This document shows positions 49,260-60,533 of a stretch of DNA of 64,000 nt, piece after piece. The stretch comes from Azolla caroliniana (Eukaryota > Plantae > Polypodiophyta). The stretch covers positions 19,778,001 through 19,842,000 of the forward strand of contig JBHGNT010000005.1 in the NCBI GenBank assembly GCA_043228905.1, in the 5' to 3' direction. Both the position numbers and the translations under genes were made by a program. Position 1 is the stretch's first letter. Every line of letters begins with the position of its first letter. The notes beneath the pieces are model-generated. The model was not told the origin of the DNA. It did no database searches and was given only the letters and a program-made list of their open reading frames with translations.

Positions 49260-51350
49260 ACGAGGAGCTCGATATATGTCCCATTTTTTCCCTCCTAGTT
49301 TTTTTTTTCCCTTCTTTCTTCTTCCCTCTCGTATTCGAGAAACAAATTATCTCACATATTGATATCAAACTCCTAGCTTTGTTTACTTGATCTTTCTTGT
49401 CAAAAATTATCTCTTGTATTCATATCGGACCACTCCTTGCATGGTTGTTGGCTCCTTTCTTTGAAAAACTAATCTCTCATTTCCATACCCAACCCATTGT
49501 AACACGATTCTGAAATTATAAACAATCGATTTTCTTTTGCAATAAACTAATGATTTGTCTCTCCCTCTTGTCTTATGCTTAAAACTTGCTTGTGTTGTAC
49601 ATGTTGCTCTAAATCCTTCTAGTCCAGAACCCTGGCGGTTCCGTCTCACGATCTGCACATAGTGACGAATTTTCACGACATAATTAAGAGACTTTGGCGG
49701 TTGCGCCCGTGTCCCAACGTGAGACCGAAGAGACGGAAGGTGGTGACGGGAAGACGAAGGCCCAACACAAGGAGGAAGAAAATCGAGGACGAAAGGATAT
49801 CCCCACACCTATTCTAGAGACTTTAGCGGTTGTGCACATGCGCCAACGTGAGACCGGAGAGACGGAATGTGTCGACGAAAAAGCGGAGGACTGGAAGGGT
49901 GATGAGGAAGACAAGGTAAATGTGCATGAGCGAAGGGATTCCTTCACACCGGTTCCAGAGACTTCGGCAGTCGAGACCGTGTGTCGACATAAGACCAAAG
50001 ATAAAGGAGGTGGCGAAGAGGAGACAATATGGCTCGAGGCGAGCGTACACGGAGGGAAGGATATGGCCGACGAGGAGGCCAAGGATGAAGCCGCGGTTGA
50101 GTTCGATGGAGAGGCTGCATGCGGGAAGGAAGAGTCGAGAACCGATCGAACCGGAAGACGATCCGGCCGGGATTCCAGCCCGAATGAAGGAAGATCCACA
50201 TGGGAGCCAATCGACTGGGGCCGACCCGGCCAAAACCTGATTCGGCGAAAAACGATCGAACAATTCCGATCCAAAGTGGGCAGACCCAGCCAGAATCAAT
50301 CGGTTGAGCCCGACTCGGGGAAATGCGAATGCAGACGAAGGCCAACCGAACCAAGAAGCGATCGGTGGAGACCGATCCGGACAAGGGCAAACCTGGCATA
50401 ATCGGAGATGGACACGAACAATCCACAAGACCCAGTTGAAGATGGTGAGTGCGAGTGGCCAGGAATCCAATCGAAGGACACGCGCGGTGGACGAAGGAAG
50501 AGCGGTCGAATCGACGACATCGTTCAATAGATCTACTACAACCGATCAAGGAAGAAGGTGTGAGCGCCGGATATGGTGGATCGGGTGGCTACGGTGGTTC
50601 GGTTGGAAAGATTACGCATACTCGAAGTGGAAGACGAAGTCAGACGAGGTCGACGAGCGTGCAGAGGAACTCGGTTGATCACCGTTGCCAATGATCTCAC
50701 CTCTTCACCTTTCTTGGCACATACCGGAGGATGTGCAGGTTTGGTGGGGGTGGATGTCATGACGATTTTCGGCTACGGTGTGAAACTGAGTGAGATGAAT
50801 AAACCAAGGATGTGCAACATTGCACATGCACTTAGCAAATAAACCTAAGGCCTAGTGGCACTTGAGTTCATACAAAGGGGCGCAAGTAAGGTTTGAACCT
50901 TGCACCTCTAAGATACAAGATAATTGCCTTACCACTAGGACAACTATCATATAGTGTAGATTTTATGTATTTACTTTTCATATATGAATTATAGATGAAA
51001 CAACCATTAGAAAACCATGTGCACAAAACCATGGTTCTAAACCCATGGTTTGTGCATGACATAAGCAAAACCGTGTGCACAAAACCATGGTTTTAGCCCA
51101 TGGTTTTGTGCATGTCACAAGCATGGAAAGACCTATAAAAGCCTCTAGTTGGGCTTGTGTAAGGGGGCCTCAATATGTGATATCACCAACACCATTATCA
51201 TCAATATAATTATATTTGTCTTTATCTTCTTCATATTTTTCTACTTCTCAAGTGTACAATCTTTCTTCTTCTCAAGTGAACAAATTTCATCTAATTTTAC
51301 ATTGATCGTCATCTCTTCAATAATTCTGCAAACATCCTCCCCAGTCTAAG
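49260..51350 (+). mobile_element. Non-autonomous family-F LTR element: 3' part of the 5' LTR (to 49680), 1.07-kb internal region, PPT, 5' part of the 3' LTR (from 50755)
   Basis: 49607-49680 matches one end of solo LTR 4614-5785; purine tract TTGGTGGGGGTGGA at 50741-50754 is followed by TGTCATGACGATTTTCGGC, matching the other end; CTATAAAA near 51133. Confidence 0.7.
50878..50945 (-). other. tRNA-derived A/B-box cassette antisense in U3 of the family-F LTR
   Basis: Minus strand TGTCCTAGTGGTAAGGC...GAGGTGCAAGGTTCAAACCTTACTTGC is colinear with 5012-5077. Confidence 0.65.
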
Positions 51351-51403
51351 ACCCCGGTGGTCGCTCGAGTAGCACACGCACACGCGAATCTTCGCGACAG
51401 CAT

Positions 51404-54400
51404 GTGAGCTCCATAGCCGCATGTTGGCGAAGCAGGATCTCGAGGTCGTTGCCTCTGAGATCTCTGATTGTATTCCTTTCTCTCATAGTGTTTCTGTTTT
51501 GGAGTTTCTGGACTCCACATGGTTTTTCCCAGTTCGGGTTTCCACGTTAAAATCTGTGTCATTCTCAGTTTTTGTATTCTGTTTTTTTTTTCATTAGATT
51601 GACTATTATTCCGCACACATACAACCGGTTGTGGTCGGCAACGATTCTAACTTCAAACTAGTATCAGAGCGAAACGACCAAAAAAAAAATGGACGATTCG
51701 TTGGGAGGCATGTTCAAGCTCACCAGCTCCAACTACTCAGTGTGGAAGTCGAAGATGAGGGACATGCTCGTGGTTAAAGATCTTTGGTTGCCGGTTCAGT
51801 TCGGGGACAAGAGACCGGACAAGATCGATGCCACGATATGGGAGGTGATGCACATGAAGACAACGGCGTACATACGGTGCTTCATCGACATGAGCCTATA
51901 CAACAACTTCAATGAAGAGAGCAAGGCTCATGAGCTCTGGGAGAAGATCAACATTATGTTTCAGAACAAAAATGTTGTTAATCAGGTTTCGGTATTTCGG
52001 AAGCTAGTAAGACTCCGGTACCAAGATGGCTCCAGCATGGCGGAGCACATGAATGCCTTCCAAGGGTTGATCCACCAGGCAACATCATTGGAAGTACCTC
52101 TCACTGATGAGATACTAGCACTACTCCTGCTCAGTTCCCTCCCAGATAGTTGGGAGATGTTGGTTGTCACTTTGGGCAACGCCGGGTTGGAAGGGAAATG
52201 GTTATCCCTAGCAAGAGTGAAGTCGAGCTTGCTAGATGAGGAGGCACGTCGGAAGGACAAGGATACGAGCTTTGACTCCTAAGCACTCCTTACCGAATCG
52301 GAATGTGGAAGACAAAGGAACCGGAGTCCCCAGAACCGGGAAAAATCGGGGACACGATCAAAGTCAAGAGGGAGGCCTACTTGCTTCTACTACGGGAAGT
52401 CGGGGCACTTCCAGAAGAACTGTCGGCATTTCCGGAAAGACAAGGAAATCGACAGTACCGATTCGAAGAAGTCATCGGACCGAAATGGTTCGGATCGGCG
52501 AGGGTAGGACCGGAAAGGAACGAAGGCCATCGCGGCAAACGAAGAGGAGCTAATGCTTATCACCGAGGAGAGTGAGTTGAACCTTGCCGGCGACGAGGTG
52601 ACCTGGGTGGTCGATTCCGGAGCGTCGTTCCACCTGACCCCGGATAGAAAATGATTCTCATCCTACTCGATCGGTGACCACGACCGTGTTCAGATGGGGA
52701 ATGAAGGTACATGCCGAATTGTCGACATAGGAGATGTGTGGTTAACGACATCAACCGGATGCAAGATGTTGTTGAAGGATGTTCGACATGTTCCGGAGGT
52801 TCGATTGAACCTAATATTAGCCGGTCAGCTAGATGATGAAGGCTACACGGGTAGCATCCGGAACGGTGTTATGAAGTTCAGCAAAGGGAGCCTGATTGTG
52901 GCTCGGGCTTGGAAAGTCAACACTTTGTACCTGATGAATGCCCGGTTATGTCCGGAGGAAGTGAACGTGGTATCCGACACTGCTGGTGAGCTGTGGCACA
53001 AGAGGCTGTGTCACATGACCGAGAAGGGGATGAAGAGCAGACGACAACCTCATTCTAGTGAAGAATGTGCACTTGGAGAAGTGCATTGATTCTCTGGCCG
53101 GTAAGCAAAACCGGACCTCCTTCCGATCAAGGCCACCAATGAGATGTAATGCACCATTGGAGTTGGTGCATACTGATGTGTGTCAAGTACTTCGTGACGT
53201 TCATAGATGACCACAGCAGGAGGCTGTGGGCCACACCGTTGAAGATGAAGGATTGGGTGTTATCCGTCTTCAAAGAGCTCCACGCGAGAGTGGAGAGAGA
53301 AACCGGCCGGAAGCTGAAGGCAATTCGAGCAGATAATGGAGGAGAATACCGGGGGCAGTTCGAGGAGTATTGTCGCTCAAAGGGAATCCGGCTCAAATTT
53401 ACCGTGCCGAAGATGCCGGAACTAAACGAGTTGGCCAAGAGGATGAACCGGAACATAATGGAGAGGGTCCGGAGTATGCTAGCGCATGCAAAATTACCCA
53501 AGACGTTTTGGGCTGAGGCACTGTCGATGGCGACATATGTGATAAACAGATCACCCTTAGTACCCTTGGACGGAGACACGCCGCAGAGAGTCTGGACCGG
53601 TAAGAAAGTGTCCTACCGGCATCTGAAGGTATTCGGGTGTCTTGCATACGTGCATGTAGCTAAGGACCGAAGAGGAAAGTTAGATCCGAAGACCCGGCCA
53701 TGCATATTCCTCGGTTACGGCGACGATGAGTTCGGCTACCGAGTGTGGGACCCGGTCGACCAGAAAGTATTCCGGAGTCGAGATATTATCTTCATGGAGG
53801 ACAAGATGCTCGCCGACTGGGAGTCGGAGAAGAAGATAATGAACTCCAAATCGACCAGTAAGGAAAAATTTCGATTTGATGAAATGCAGTTCCAACCGGC
53901 AAGAAGCCGGTTAGCACTCGATAAACCAGCTGGTGACGGTGAGGAGACAAAACCGGCCGAAGAAGAAGGAATAGGTGAAACCGAAACCGGACAAGACCCC
54001 GAATCGGATTCGGATGAAGAGCAAATGGAGGAGCCGGTTATCGAAGCCCAAGGACGCAGATATCCTTTGAGAGAGAGAAGGGCCCCCCGGATATTTCCGG
54101 ATCCAGAGCACGTGTTGCTAACTGATGAGGGGGAGCCAGAAAGCTTCGAGGAAGCTAAAAGTGACGCCCATAGCCGCAAATGGTTGAGTACCATGCAGGA
54201 TGAGATGGATTCCTTGCATGAGAACCATACGTACGAATTGGTGGAGTTGTCTAAAGGAAAGCGAGCACTCCGAAACAAGTGGGTGTACAAGTTGAAACCG
54301 GGAGATGTCGGCAAAACCCCGAGATACAAAGTCAGGATCGTGGTAAAGGGGTTCCAGCAGAAGAAGGGCGTGGACTTCAACGAGATATTTGCCCCGGTAG

Positions 54401-56250
54401 TAAAGATGACTTCCATCCGAACGATGCTGAGTATAGCGGCAAGCATGGACCTCGAGGTAGAGCAGCTGGACGTGAAGACGACATTCCTTCACGGTGACCT
54501 CGAAGAGGAGATCTACATGCAGCAACTGGAAGGATTCGTGGAGAAAGGGAAGGAGCACCTGGTTTGCCGGTTGAAGAAGAGCCTGTACGGACTGAAGCAG
54601 GCTCCCCGACAATGGTACCGGAAGTTCGACTCCTTCATGACTGACCAAGGGTATCACAAAACGCAAACTGATCACTACGTGTTTGTGAAGAAGTTCGAAG
54701 GAGGCGACTTCCTGATACTCCTTCTGTACGTGGACAACATGTTGATCGTCGGACAGGACCAAGCCAAAATACGGATGCTGAAGAAGGCTCTCAACAGAAC
54801 TTTCTCAATGAAAGACTTGGGCCCAACAAGACAAATACTAGGGATGCACATCATCCGGGACCGGTCAAAGAAGCAATTGTCGCTATCACAGGAGAAATAC
54901 GTGACAAAGGTGCTTCAGCAGTTCAACATGTTAGAAGTGAAACCGATCGGATCGACACTCCCGACAAACTGCAGATTATCCGGTAAGCAAAGCCCGAAAA
55001 CGAAAGCAGAGAAGGCAGATATGATGAAGGTTCCATATGCCTCTGCCATCGGGAGCTTAATGTACGCAATGGTGTGTACTCGACCGGATATTGGATACGT
55101 AATCGGAGTGGTGAGCTGGTTTATGAGCAATCCCGGCAAGGAGCACTGGAACGCAGTCAAATGGATACTCCGGTACTTGAAGGGCACTTCGAATATGTGT
55201 CTTCGATTCGGCTCCGGTAAACCTCAACTTGATGGTTTTACCGATTCAGATATGTCAGCTAATGTGGATACCAGCCGGTCTACATCCGGGTATGTAATGA
55301 CATATGCAGGGGGAGCTGTTTCGTGGCAGTCAAGGCTGCAGAAGACGGTTGCGTTGTCAACCACGAAGGGGGAGTAAATGGCGGCTGTTGAAGCCGGCAA
55401 GGAAATATTATGGATGAAGGACTTCATCGGAGAGCTCGATATTCGGCAAGATGAATATCGGCTCTATTGCGATAGTCAAAGTGCCATCCACCTTGCTAAG
55501 AACACAGCATACCATTCCAGGACGAAGCACATCCAGCGTAGGTATCACTGGATCCGGGAGCGAGAAGAAGATCGAGAGTTCGCGCTGACGAAGATCCACA
55601 CGACCGAGAACGGGTCAGATATGCTGACCAAAGTACTGATACCTGACAAGTTGGATGCATGTCGGAAGCGGATCGGACTAGTAAGACATCCCATGCCGGA
55701 GTGAAGGGGGAGTTTGTTAGGAAACAGGTCCCTCCGGATGGGAAGTGAGAAGAACCATGTTGATGAGCAACTTGGTCGAGGCCGAAACCGGAAATCGTGG
55801 AGATAGCCAACACGGAAGGCTAAGTTTGTAAATACTCAAAATATGCCCATGTGGGCTAAACTTGTAAATAGTCGAAAGGTTACATTAGTATATGAGTACT
55901 TAGGGCAATCATGTTAAAAAAGGTGCATTATGCTAAAGTTATTGTTGACGAGGTTGTTGCCTTTGTAACTGTGAGTGTGAACGAGTGTGAGTGGAAGCGT
56001 GTGAGCTCCATAGCTGCCTGTTGGTGAAGCAGGATCTCGAGGTCGTTGCCTTTGAGATCTCTTATTGTATTCCTTTCTCTCATAGTGTTTCTGTTTCGGA
56101 GTTTCTGGACTCCACGTGGTTTTTCCCAGTTCGGGTTTCCACATAAAAATCTGTGTCATTCTCAGTTTCTGTATTCTGTTTTTTTTTCATTAGATTGACT
56201 ATTATTCCGCACATTACAACCAGTTGTGGCCGGCAACGATTTTAACTTCA
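51404..56250 (+). mobile_element. Tnt1-like Ty1/Copia element 'E', near full length, nested antisense in D
   Basis: Partial 5' LTR 51404-51655 matches 3' LTR 55715-56250; PBS TAGTATCAGAGC at 51659-51670; gag from 51689; pol to 55704 (ADNGGEY, LDVKTTFLHG, LLLYVDNML, TKHIQRRYHWIRE); PPT GAAGGGGGAG at 55703-55712. Confidence 0.93.
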
Positions 56251-58062
56251 TGTCGGCTGTAATCGTTGATGAAGGAGACACCGACTCCCGCCAAGACTAA
56301 CGTTTTGTGTCGGTCCCCATACATCCGAATGAATAAAGTCGAGCTTGATATGGCTACGGTTTCGTTCGGTGGGGAATGGAAGCCGATGTTGCTTCCCGAG
56401 TTGGCAGGCTTCACATATTTGGACCTTCTGGTCACTGAACTTCGGAAAACCGAAAACAACTTGTTTCGTTTGCAGGTCTTGAAGCGTTCAGTAATTGACA
56501 TGGCCGATCCGCTTGTGCCACAAGTCGATGTTCGATTTGACCTTCTACCCTTTTGCAAACAAGGCAGTGCCGACGTCATTGGTGTCAAGGATGAACATCC
56601 TCCCATCTTTGCGCCCTTGCACAATAATCTGGCCCTCTTCCTCGATGAAGCACCCAAGGTGCGTAAACCGCACCTACATCCCTTGGTCAACGATATGACC
56701 GACTGACACCAGGTTCTTTGTGATAGTCGGAACGTGTAATACGTTCATCAACTTCCCCCTCTGTTTGACGTAGCTCAAAGGGACTTCTCCGACATGCACG
56801 ATTGGGTGAGGAGTGTCGTCTCCTGTTTCGACGACTCTTAGTTGTTCCGGTTTCTCCAAGAAGGAGAACCACTCTTTTTGGCTCGTCATGTGATTCAACG
56901 CACCGGAATCAACATACCACACTTCCTCTGATTTGGAAGTGGTGTTCTTCATCGAGTTAGCCTCATGTTTCATCACCAAGGCTAGCCCTTTACCGGCTTT
57001 TCCGATTTTGGATCCTCCCGATCCTTCTGCGTAGTGTGAGTATTGTCGGTTCTCTCTGCTAGCCTTGCTAGATCCGTATCTGTCCGAATCGGCGCGCTTC
57101 TTCCAACACTCGCTTTCTCTATGGCCCTTTTTACCACAATACCAGCATTCCGTGTCGGCCTTTGCTTGCCGGCCTGTGGCACCGCCTTGACTCCCCCTGC
57201 TTGTGGAGGGTCCGGAACTGTTGTTGGCACGTTCTTTGTGCCTTCGGTCCAGCTCTTGCCAGTCGCTACCATTGCAAGCTGACCCGCCTCGTCCACCATG
57301 CCCATGAGGCTGATCCGCCTCCGTGTACAACATCCGGTTGTCCGTGGGTGCACTTGTTGACGCACTGACGTGGTTCTCCTCTACAAGGAGCATCGATTGT
57401 AAGTCAAAAAATGACAGTGTATTCTCCCTTGTACATATAGCCGTTCAGAACACTCTGAACTTAGATGCTAGGCCCCCAAGATAGATCTGCACCATCTCAT
57501 CTTCCTCTACAATGACGTTGATAGAGGCAAGTGAGTCACCGATCTCTTTGATTCGGGCCGTGTAATCGGCTACCGACATGTCCTTCCGTCAAACATTGCT
57601 CAACTCCTGTCGGAGTTGCAGCTTCCGGGCTGTAGTGCTTGCCGCGAAAACCTTCTTCAGGTTTCCCCAAGCTTCTTTTGGCGAACATGACTCAGCAGCT
57701 GGTCTTCGACACTGGACGCAAAGCAGTACATCACTATGCTTACTGGGAAATCCAGGTGATGTGTCGTTAGCTCCGTCGACATAGCTCCAATAACCATGCC
57801 CAAGCAGGTACTGGTGCATCTTGTATGACCAAGATGCGTAGTTGGATCTGTCGAGCTTCTTCGTCAGAAGCGAGCTAGCCATGCCTCTATCCATCGGTTT
57901 TACCTGTTCTTCTTGGTTGGTTTTCCTTTCAAGCTATGTCAGCTGCAGAGGTTCTCAACCCTCGTGCTATGATACCATGTAAAAGAATAGCGTGCAGAAG
58001 CAATAGGAAACCGAACACAGAAATGCAGGTTTAATGGAGAGCTTAGAATATACACAGTCCGC

Positions 58063-58093
<31 letters not shown>

Positions 58094-58368
58094 CACGTAA
58101 ACTCAATTCAAAAAATGATACTCGATCTGTACATCGCATGTGTTCAGTGAACACTTTTATACAAGTCCATACGGACTGACATAAGTGTGGTGTACTTCAA
58201 TGCTCACACGAGCGTCTAACACTAACTACGATATATTAACTCCCTAGTAGTCTAGCTGCTACTTGGCTTCCGGTTACTACTTGATCCGGCTAACCGGATC
58301 CCTAGCTCACTGGCTCATCCTTCCGGATGCCGATCCGGATCCGGTTGAGCTTGCCGCTCAACACCATA

Positions 58369-58750
58369 CACATTACTTCTCTTCTGTTCCCCTAATGTGT
58401 TTCCATTCAAGCACGCCCTCCACATTGCAATGTGTCGGTTACTAGCTCTTTTTCACTTGTTCGAGGATGAGTATCGTTGGCTTTTTACATGCTCTGCATA
58501 TAGTTCAATTCGTGAAAGCTATGATGACATATTAAGAGGGGGTTATGACTTGAGTGTCACATTAAACGGAACACCTTGAAGGTTGAGCTCTTATGTGTAT
58601 GCCTTTTTAACGCATCTAGAATTTGTGCTTCAAAGTATGAATATCTCTTTTTAAGAAGGAGACTTCAATCCCATTTGGGCTTGGTTCTACCCCCGTTGAG
58701 TACACCCATTTGTGGCGGTCGTCCTCATGGTTCATTCCCATCATGCAGGA
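58369..58750 (+). mobile_element. Decayed non-LTR (LINE-like) 3' remnant that received Copia D
   Basis: EDEYRWLFTCSAYSSIRESY resembles the EDExHxLxxCxxYxxIR C-terminal motif of LINE ORF2. Confidence 0.4.
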
Positions 58751-59949
58751 CTCGAGAGGAGCGGGCGGGACGTTATAAATCCAGGTCATGTAATCTAGCC
58801 TTAGCCCAAAGTAAGCAGATTGATTGCTTCGTGTTTGTTCTCTCTTTGAATTCCGCAGTATGTCATGTTCTTTTAGTTAAAACCACGCTAGCGATAAACA
58901 CCCTTATGTCCCTATCAAATCCTAAAACCAAAGTTAGGGTCCTATAATTGTGTGTGGTAATGTGATGACAATACCCTACAAGGAGGACATTACCATAATG
59001 TGCATGCTAGTTTTGTCTCTATACGATGACAATCCCCCATGGTCCCATGGTGGCAATCCCCATGAATATGTTTCCATGGTGACATAAACAAAGGCTTAGT
59101 CTATTTGTATGATGCCAATACCCCATGGTGGCGATCCCATGCCAACCAACCACTATGTCAGTCACCATGTCTGATATGGTGGCGTTATAGTTGCCCACCA
59201 TAGCTAATTTGGCGGTGCTACAACAACCCGCCATGCTCTATGTTGTGCCCGTTATGGTGGTGAAGCCAGCTTGCCACGAGTTGCAAATTTGTATCTCCTT
59301 ATCTTAATACATTTTTCCTTTCATCGTCACACACTCTCTCTACTATTGTCTCACCTATTTCCTTCCATCGTCACTCTCGCTTGCTCCCTCTATCTACTAC
59401 TACCTCATATGCTCCCTTTCATCGTGACTCTTTCTCTTTGGCTACAAAGATATGGCTATTTTCCCTCGGTTTTGACACCGATGCCATGAAACAAGTCAAA
59501 ACATGTTCTAATGTTCCATATGGGTTTACATGCACCACATCCTTAGGGTTATCTACAAAAACCTTTTGTTTAGGTCCTCCCATTTGACAAAAACCTCTAG
59601 GGTTCGATGGATTTACAACCCATCCCAAAGAATCAAATTGCACTTGAAGGGGTAATCCCTTATCTCCGTTGGCAAGGAGCTTTCCCCCTTCCCCCCCAAT
59701 ATATAAGCATTAAACTTTGATTTCCCTTATTCTTAGGCCCAAAACCTTGAAGTAGGGTCTCTTTAGCACCTTCTCCAAACGATGTTCCTTCATCCATAAT
59801 AACCACATGTTAAGAATTAGGTAATGAATTAAGCAAGGGGTAATTAGTACCTAATTATGTGATTAGTTGATAAGCGGAAGATTAAGTGATATGTGTGTGT
59901 ATGTGTATGGGGGTGAACAAAATATTGCATCATAAAAAACCTCGTGAGG

Positions 59950-59994
59950 CTTAACCGGTTTGAGTCGAACCAAGCCGAGCTCAAACCGGTTAAG
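59950..59994. promoter_or_regulatory. 15-bp perfect inverted repeat in the proximal promoter region of the kinase gene
   Basis: CTTAACCGGTTTGAG-N15-CTCAAACCGGTTAAG just before a (CT)n tract. Confidence 0.45.
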
Positions 59995-60000
59995 AAAATT

Positions 60001-60155
60001 CTCTCTCTCTCTCTCTCTCTCTCTCGTTCCCGCTTCGCCCTTCGTTTTTGAACCATCCTCAGAAGAAAGCAGAAGCAGAAAGAGAGGAAGAAGGAGAAGG
60101 AAGCAGCAGCAGCAGCAGCAGCAGCAGAAGAAGAAGAAGAAGAAGAAGAAGAAGA
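60001..60155. repeat. (CT)n, (CAG)n and (AAG)n microsatellites in the putative TSS/5' UTR
   Basis: Read directly from the sequence. Confidence 0.85.
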
Positions 60156-60533
60156 ATCGGAAGGAGAAGGTCAAGCCATAGCTCAGACGTAGACGGTAAA
60201 GGAGTTGCTAAGGGAGGAGAATAGGGAGAAGAGCGGGAGGCCGCAGGAGGAGAACCCAGATCAGAGGGAAGGAGAACAAACGAAGATCAAAGGAGGAGGG
60301 AAACGAAGATCAGACAGAAGAAGGTCTGTGATGTCTTCCCTCCGTTAGGCATCTCTGTGATTCATCTTCCTCTCACGTTTCCTACAGTAATCCCGTCTAA
60401 ATTCTCCAAAAATACGGTGTCGAAATCCCTACTCCTCCCCCCAATCGTGTCAGTCATGAATGATTTGGGGTAATCTTGCTCCATTCTTTGTTCTTCCCTC
60501 AAGTCATCTGTATATCTATCCATATATCCACCA

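Larger units (their letters stand above)
47653..58363 (-). mobile_element. Ty1/Copia element 'D' with both LTRs and a TSD; INT core and RT missing, with nested insertions in their place
   Basis: LTRs 57978-58363 (5') and 47653-48051 (3'); perfect TSD CCATA at 47648-47652 and 58364-58368; PBS TGGTATCATAGC at 57977-57966; gag KLDRSNYASW, CWYCGKKGHRESEC; PR WYVDSGALNHMT; RNase H in 48283-49110; PPT 48062-48052. Confidence 0.95.
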
